The notes beneath the pieces were generated by a model. The model had not been told where the DNA came from. It did no database searches and worked only from the letters and a program-made list of their open reading frames with translations. Source: an uncultured Candidatus Bathyarchaeia archaeon (GTDB lineage Archaea; Thermoproteota; CALKCG01; B24). From it: a stretch of DNA of 64,000 nucleotides. The DNA lies in assembly GCA_964463005.1 (NCBI GenBank), contig CAYWZZ010000001.1, forward strand, positions 30,952 to 94,951, written 5' to 3'. The translations under genes were made by a program, and so were the position numbers. Below are positions 59,633 through 64,000 of the stretch, one piece after another (the first letter of the stretch is position 1; each line of letters starts with the position of its first letter).

Positions 59633-60169
59633 TTAGATTTTTTTACGTTTCGTGAGGATATTGGAAAGAATGTCGTAAGCTATGAGTATCACTAAGACTG
59701 TTATAATGCTCCATCGAACCCATGCTTCTTGGAAAATCATCGGTATAAATCCTATAAATCTAACCCAGAAGAATACTTTTCCTACCACATACTTTGAATC
59801 GAAGTCTTTTTCCCAATACCAAGGTGAAGGGTTGTTATCTCCTTTCGTTGTTACTAGAATTCTACCATCGACTTCTTTTATGTCAATAATCCTATGGACT
59901 ATGTATTCGCCGTCTCCGACGGGTTTTACAAACACTATTATGTCCCCCTTTTTCAACTCTTCGGGTTTAACCCCCTTAACAAAGAGTAAATCGCCCACTT
60001 TCAACGTAGGATACATGCTACCAGATGCTACGTAGACAACAGGGTTCTCCGTGAGGAGGATGTACTTAGCTAAAGTCCATAACAAGAAGATGCTGAGAAA
60101 TATTAGAACAGCCAATACGATAAGCTTAATCGAAGGGTCTAATGCGTTAATTCTATCTTTAAGCTTCAA
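59633..60169 (-). CDS. Signal peptidase I (archaeal/eukaryal Sec11 type)
   Basis: N-terminal TM followed by the SGSMYPTL serine box. Confidence 0.7.
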   Translation of the reverse strand: MKLKDRINALDPSIKLIVLAVLIFLSIFLLWTLAKYILLTENPVVYVASGSMYPTLKVGDLLFVKGVKPEELKKGDIIVFVKPVGDGEYIVHRIIDIKEVDGRILVTTKGDNNPSPWYWEKDFDSKYVVGKVFFWVRFIGFIPMIFQEAWVRWSIITVLVILIAYDILSNILTKRKKI

Positions 60170-60368
60170 TCTTCAACCGAAGATACCTAGGAAGGGTATA
60201 TAAAATTATAGAGGCTAGGGATGGTATGTGTATGCAGAAAATCTCAAATGATTCATCGAATAGACGATACCCAGCAATTCTAATAACGATTAGAAGAACC
60301 GACAATGATGTTAAGGTTAGCATAGACGTTTTTAAAGCTTTAAGATCTTTATAGTCCATAATACTCAC
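60159..60368 (-). CDS. Hypothetical small membrane protein
   Basis: 69 aa with two hydrophobic segments. Its start overlaps the rpoK stop (GTGA). Confidence 0.25.
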   Translation of the reverse strand: MSIMDYKDLKALKTSMLTLTSLSVLLIVIRIAGYRLFDESFEIFCIHIPSLASIILYTLPRYLRLKIEA

Positions 60369-60683
60369 TCAGATTTCTCTAGAAGCCATTTCAGTGGGAT
60401 ATCTTGGTAAGTTCCATCGGGAAGCTTTCTACGAACTGTTATAGGTAGTACACCTTTCTCCAGCTCGTAGAGAGCTATTTCCACAGGGTCTTTAATATCC
60501 TCCGGAAGCTTTACGAGAATTGGAGCTCCCATAGATATCTGAAGAGCTCTAGCTCCTGCAATTCTAGCCTTCTCATACTTAGTTAACCTAGGAGGACCTA
60601 TTGAAATTTTCTTGGAAGGTTTTTCAAAACCTTCCCTACTCTTCTCAACAACCGTCCTGTGAATACCCCCTTAGGTCTACCAT
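60365..60683 (-). CDS. rpoK: DNA-directed RNA polymerase subunit K (Rpo6), apparent frameshift in a C5 run at 60666-60670
   Basis: Not in the ORF track. The frame encodes ...PPRLTKYEKARIAGARALQISMGAPILVKLPEDIKDPVEIALYELEKGVLPITVRRKLPDGTYQDIPLKWLLEKSE*. The only upstream ATG (60683, MVDLRG...) is in another frame. Confidence 0.7.
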
Positions 60684-60840
60684 TAAGATAGCTTGTTTAA
60701 AAGCGATATGGAAAACGCTATAAAGATTCATATAAATCTTACTAATCTCTGACCACTCATTTACACATTCTGAAACACTCTCTTTGAACCACCACATCCA
60801 TTACTGTCATGAAAGATCGCACGTTAAACTTGCGAATGCG

Positions 60841-61122
60841 TCATTCCTCCTTCTTAAATTCTCTTAAAGCTATAATCCACGGATATACTGCCGTTAATGC
60901 AAATCCTGCTAATGGGCTGTAGTCGAAAAGCATGTAGCCCGTTTTATACAGGAGGAGCCATATAAGATACGTTATGAACGTCGCCATGAAAAAACCTGAG
61001 GAGAACCTTAACAGTTTAATTTTTTTAGCCTTACCTCCCCTGTATGTGACGGCGTAATGACTAACCACTAGGGAACATGCTACAACCGACCACCATACTA
61101 TGGGCCAGAATATCTCATTCAA
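60841..61122 (-). CDS. Hypothetical membrane protein (3 TM)
   Basis: Hydrophobicity only. Confidence 0.25.
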   Translation of the reverse strand: MNEIFWPIVWWSVVACSLVVSHYAVTYRGGKAKKIKLLRFSSGFFMATFITYLIWLLLYKTGYMLFDYSPLAGFALTAVYPWIIALREFKKEE

Positions 61123-61140
61123 AGTTGCAGGTAAGCCTCC

Positions 61141-61359
61141 TTAGTCAGCGATTCCAAGTAGAAATTTAAGCTGCGCGATCCTATCCATAACTTCTACTAT
61201 TTGACGCTCTATATCATAACGGTTTCTATTGTAGGTTTCATCATCAAGCTCGCCGATTTCATAACGTTTTTTAAGCTTCCGCAATTCATCAATGAGTCTA
61301 TCCCTTTCCTTTAAGAGTCTCTTATACTCCCTCTCAACGTCTTTATCTCCAGCCATCAA
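61141..61359 (-). CDS. Hypothetical coiled-coil protein with SHOCT-like C-terminal motif
   Basis: 72 aa, highly charged. ...YEIGELDDETYNRNRYDIERQI... resembles the SHOCT short C-terminal motif. Confidence 0.25.
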   Translation of the reverse strand: MMAGDKDVEREYKRLLKERDRLIDELRKLKKRYEIGELDDETYNRNRYDIERQIVEVMDRIAQLKFLLGIAD

Positions 61360-61364
61360 GAAAT

Positions 61365-61778
61365 ATGCACCTAAAAATCATTTATACAGAAGTGGTTATA
61401 AATTTATGTGTGAAAGAGACAGCGTATAAAGTACTTTTCGAGTTTGAGGAAGGGTTTAAAATTTACGGTGAACTCTCAAGGATACATGCACCTATTACGG
61501 TCAGTCGTCTAGTATCGAATCTACCGCTAGACGGTAGAGTGGAGGCTTCGAAAGGGTGGCTCTATTTCATAACAGGGATAGGGCTAAGGCCTGAGAAACC
61601 GAGGTTTGTCTGCGAACCAGGATGGATAGGATATTGGCCTCTAGCTAAAGCCATTTGCCTATTCTATGAAAAGACCAGTCTAAAATCACCCATCAATAGG
61701 ATAGGGTCTATTATAGAGGTGGAAAAACCACTAGCAGAGATACCTTCAGGCGTAAGAGTTAGACTTAAACTCATTTAG
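61365..61778 (+). CDS. Hypothetical protein (possibly cyclophilin-like fold, PF04126-type)
   Basis: 137 aa. Weak resemblance only. Confidence 0.25.
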   Translation: MHLKIIYTEVVINLCVKETAYKVLFEFEEGFKIYGELSRIHAPITVSRLVSNLPLDGRVEASKGWLYFITGIGLRPEKPRFVCEPGWIGYWPLAKAICLFYEKTSLKSPINRIGSIIEVEKPLAEIPSGVRVRLKLI

Positions 61779-62095
61779 CCTCCGGTAAACTTGAATACCC
61801 GTATACGGTTATTGCCAGAAACCGGCGTAATATAGCCCTTCTTCCAAAGTTCTTCAAGAATATCCTTAGCTACGCTTATCTTCAGTTTAAACTTTGAAGC
61901 TACTTCAAAAGGCGTTATTACTTTCATAGTTGAAACCTCCTTAACTAGTGTGTCGCCATCCATATTTATGAATAGCCCCTTGGTAGAAACATCCGTCACC
62001 TTAACTTTCTCTTTTTTAGGCTCTTTTTCCTTTTTCTCCTTCACCATTTGAGCTTTAGCCATTTGAGAAATAGACTTTTTCTTAACCCCGCCCAC
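61775..62095 (-). CDS. rps25e: 30S ribosomal protein S25e
   Basis: Lysine-rich N-terminus followed by ...VITPFEVASKFKLKISVAKDILEELWKKGYITPV... (S25e winged-helix). Confidence 0.7.
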   Translation of the reverse strand: MGGVKKKSISQMAKAQMVKEKKEKEPKKEKVKVTDVSTKGLFINMDGDTLVKEVSTMKVITPFEVASKFKLKISVAKDILEELWKKGYITPVSGNNRIRVFKFTGG

Positions 62096-62390
62096 GTTAA
62101 ATTTAGATTGACTGCGTTACTAATAGGCTTTTCAGTTTTACTTTGAAAACTCCGTAGACAGCATAGTTCACTGTTGGGGGTTTTACAGAGAAATATAAAT
62201 CTCTCCTATCTGGAGGACGGATTAAGCCATGATGTTTTTAAACATTCAACCAGCTTATTAACCTCAGAAATAGCAGATAAGATGGGGATATTTCACGAGA
62301 TGAGTTAATAATACTTTAAGAAGATTGGAAGCTTTCAAAAGACGACTGTAAAAATCTTGATTAATGCAAGTTTCTTTCTAAAGAAGACGC

Positions 62391-62579
62391 ATGAGGCTTG
62401 TAACAGTTAAAATACCAGAGGCCCTCCTAGAGGATCTGGATGAACTAGTAAGAATAGGATTGTACCCAAATAGAAGCTCCGTTATAAGAGCGGCTGTAAG
62501 AGACCTTGTTAGAAGAGAGCTTTGGGATAGGGGTGGTGGAAGCTATAGAAGAGCTTTGAATAGCAATAGAAGTACGTAG
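62391..62579 (+). CDS. Ribbon-helix-helix (CopG/NikR-type) DNA-binding protein
   Basis: MRLVTVKIPEALLEDLDELVRIGLYPNRSSVIRAAVRDLV matches a beta-strand plus two-helix RHH pattern. Confidence 0.55.
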   Translation: MRLVTVKIPEALLEDLDELVRIGLYPNRSSVIRAAVRDLVRRELWDRGGGSYRRALNSNRST

Positions 62580-62587
62580 ATTTCAAA

Positions 62588-63343
62588 CTATCGGCCATGA
62601 TATGACATTTCTTTAAATTTTAAAGACTCACTCCAAGGGTTTTCACTTAAACATATAGCTCTGCCAACTATAAGATATGTCGCGCCCGCGTTTAAAGCGT
62701 CTTCGGGAGAACCCCCTTGAAAAATCACACCGGGTGAGAATATCGACATGTCTAGTCCAACTATTTCACGCACCTCGCGTATTACACTTGGTCTAGTAGC
62801 ACCTACAATTAAACCATCAACGCCCCAACTTTTAGCTTTCTCAGCCAGAATTAAATACTGTTTTCTGAATACTTTACCCCTCTCTACTACGAACTGCCCA
62901 AAAGTTTCTTCAGCCCCCGCATGACTCATGTAGATTAATGGCAGTATCCCTCTACCTCTCTTCTTTGCATCTTCTAAAACCAAATCTAAACCATCTTTAA
63001 AACCTACAAGCGGATTTACCGTTAGAGCATCAAAGCCAACGTCAAAGTAAAGTTTAGCCATAATTCTATTGACGTGACCAACGTCACCCAGTTTACAATC
63101 CATTATAATGGGCATATCCATTTCATGAGACTTCTCAACCAATTTAGCTACACCATCTTGTAATCCAAGAATCAGCACCGTCGGTATCCCTATTTTAAAA
63201 GCACAGACATTTTCAGAAGTCTCCATCATAACCCACAACGTTTTCTCATAAAGCCTTTCCTTGGAAAACTCAGGTATATCCAAAGCTAATACGATCCTGG
63301 ATTTCCTCTCCCTACTACTTCTCTCAATTTTAAGATTGAACAT
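62588..63343 (-). CDS. pyrF: Orotidine 5'-phosphate decarboxylase
   Basis: ...IVLALD... and ...DCKLGDVGH... (DxKxxD) motifs. Confidence 0.8.
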   Translation of the reverse strand: MFNLKIERSSRERKSRIVLALDIPEFSKERLYEKTLWVMMETSENVCAFKIGIPTVLILGLQDGVAKLVEKSHEMDMPIIMDCKLGDVGHVNRIMAKLYFDVGFDALTVNPLVGFKDGLDLVLEDAKKRGRGILPLIYMSHAGAEETFGQFVVERGKVFRKQYLILAEKAKSWGVDGLIVGATRPSVIREVREIVGLDMSIFSPGVIFQGGSPEDALNAGATYLIVGRAICLSENPWSESLKFKEMSYHGR

Positions 63344-63574
63344 TTCAATGATTAATCGGCGAGGTGAGATTTAAGCTCTAATATCGATCGGAGAATACAC
63401 AGGCCGCTTATTTATAAAATCTATAAACCTATTCAAAGGATCAACTTTAAATCTAAAGGCAATGCCTTATCAAACTAAAGATTCAGATACTTAACGCATT
63501 TAGCTAAAGCATTAGACATGAATCCCGAAATAGTCGGTTAATGTTAAAGGCTCCATAGCCGTGTATTAGAAAAC

Positions 63575-63586
63575 AATAAATAAAAG
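63575..63586 (+). promoter_or_regulatory. A/T-rich TATA-like box (AATAAATAAAAG) about 30 nt upstream of tRNA-Met
   Basis: Position relative to the tRNA 5' end. Confidence 0.3.
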
Positions 63587-63609
63587 AAATGTCTTCTTCA
63601 AATTTTGAG

Positions 63610-63683
63610 GGGCCCGTAGCTCAGCCAGGTAGAGCGACAGGCTCATAACCTGTTGGTCGGGGGTTCGAATCCCTCCGGGCCCA
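63610..63683 (+). tRNA. tRNA-Met (anticodon CAT; elongator type, or tRNA-Ile2 if C34 is modified), no intron, CCA not encoded
   Basis: Acceptor GGGCCCG/CGGGCCC, D-arm GCTCAGCCAGGTAGAGC, anticodon stem ACAGG/CCTGT with loop CUCAUAA, T-arm GGGGGTTCGAATCCCTC, discriminator A. Confidence 0.85.
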
Positions 63684-63688
63684 CGCCT

Positions 63689-64000
63689 TTATGGTATTTT
63701 TAGAAGACCCCATAACTCCTTGGGAAGTCTGATATCGTATTTTCCGGGCTTTTCAACTGGTAGTTCACCGCTCTTTATCATCGCGAATAGTGGGTTTTCC
63801 AATGTTTTAAGCGGCATATGTACGAGGCTTCTTGAACGGCTTGATTGGTAGATCGCCATCATTATCTCCATGTCTATTCTAGATTGGTAGCCACTACTTC
63901 TATGCATGCTGACTTTCCCCTCAACCCAATCTATCAGTTGAGAAAACTCAGTAGTCTTATCTTCCACAGGTTTGAGTTTACTCCACCCATTAGATGATAG
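63689..64000 (-). CDS. Gfo/Idh/MocA-type oxidoreductase, C-terminal fragment (gene starts beyond window end)
   Basis: ...LIDWVEGKVSMHRSSGYQSRIDMEIMMAIYQSSRS... matches the C-terminal domain pattern seen in the other two Gfo/Idh/MocA paralogs here. Confidence 0.35.
   Translation of the reverse strand, partial: LSSNGWSKLKPVEDKTTEFSQLIDWVEGKVSMHRSSGYQSRIDMEIMMAIYQSSRSRSLVHMPLKTLENPLFAMIKSGELPVEKPGKYDIRLPKELWGLLKIP

Noticed and set aside
62096-62390. C/D-box sRNA candidate (CATGATGT ... GAGATGAG) in the rps25e-copG spacer
   Set aside because: No properly spaced D'/D (CUGA) boxes. The region is AT-rich and unstructured.
63411-63418. Strong TTTATAAA box as the pyrF promoter
   Set aside because: It lies about 68 nt upstream of the pyrF start codon, which is far for the typical -26/-27 spacing unless a roughly 40-nt leader exists. 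It is left unannotated.
1-64000. CRISPR arrays, transposases, integrases, toxin-antitoxin pairs, restriction-modification or other defence islands
   Set aside because: No direct-repeat arrays, and no ORF with recognisable nuclease, transposase or integrase motifs. The lone RHH (CopG) gene has no adjacent toxin-like partner. The window appears to be conserved core chromosome.

Overview
Reading all six frames by eye, this window looks like core chromosome of a hyperthermophilic crenarchaeon (Thermoprotei-like). The evidence is an N-terminal reverse-gyrase zinc finger at the left edge, archaeal-type ribosomal and RNA polymerase gene order, a DHQ-synthase-II shikimate pathway, frequent TTG/GTG starts and about 42% GC. 

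**What the window contains**
- 1-7 kb: M50-type protease with an AN1 zinc finger, Pth2, a RACo-like 2Fe-2S/ASKHA protein, deoxyhypusine synthase and a tungsten AOR.
- 7-16.5 kb: a GH4 glycosidase, then aspartate kinase + asd directly upstream of the archaeal aro operon (aroA', aroB', aroD, aroE, GHMP-type aroK, aroA).
- 17-24 kb: rps2-eno-rpoN, and rps9-rpl13-rpl18e-rpoD-rps11-rps4-rps13.
- 24-35 kb: a sugar/cyclitol-like patch with a GH2 gene carrying two in-frame TAG codons, three Gfo/Idh/MocA oxidoreductases, myo-inositol-1-phosphate synthase, FEN-1 and a 28-aa C2H2 zinc-finger micro-ORF.
- 35-48 kb: cbf5, rpl14e, cmk, rpl34e, a DUF106 membrane protein, secY and the spc-like ribosomal cluster (L15 through L22, including the unlisted S14 and an Hsp20 inserted between L15 and L30).
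- 48-64 kb: AglH-like glycosyltransferase, Bud32, HtrA, endonuclease IV, a GTPBP1-like GTPase and a GPN-loop GTPase, NAD kinase, aRF1, tRNA-Leu(CAG), signal peptidase, rpoK, rps25e, a CopG/RHH protein, pyrF and tRNA-Met(CAT).

I found no CRISPR array, transposase, integrase or recognisable defence island, and I could not identify a wholly new multi-gene system.

**Most unusual signals**
1. cbf5 is interrupted by a 16-nt, frame-shifting, palindromic insert flanked by G6/C6. This is best explained as a bulge-helix-bulge intron in a protein-coding gene.
2. A GH2 beta-mannosidase-like gene stays in one frame but is punctuated by two UAG codons.
3. rpoK (not in the ORF track) has no in-frame start unless a C5 run is one base shorter or longer.
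4. A xylose-isomerase-fold gene is split by a frameshift and sits between rpoN and rps9.
5. rps11 is inverted relative to rps13-rps4 and rpoD, with a divergent promoter.
6. lysC-asd lie directly upstream of aroA'/aroB', and aspartate semialdehyde is a substrate of the archaeal DHQ pathway.
7. A MobB-like P-loop protein is fused to a CxxCGxxxC Fe-S motif.
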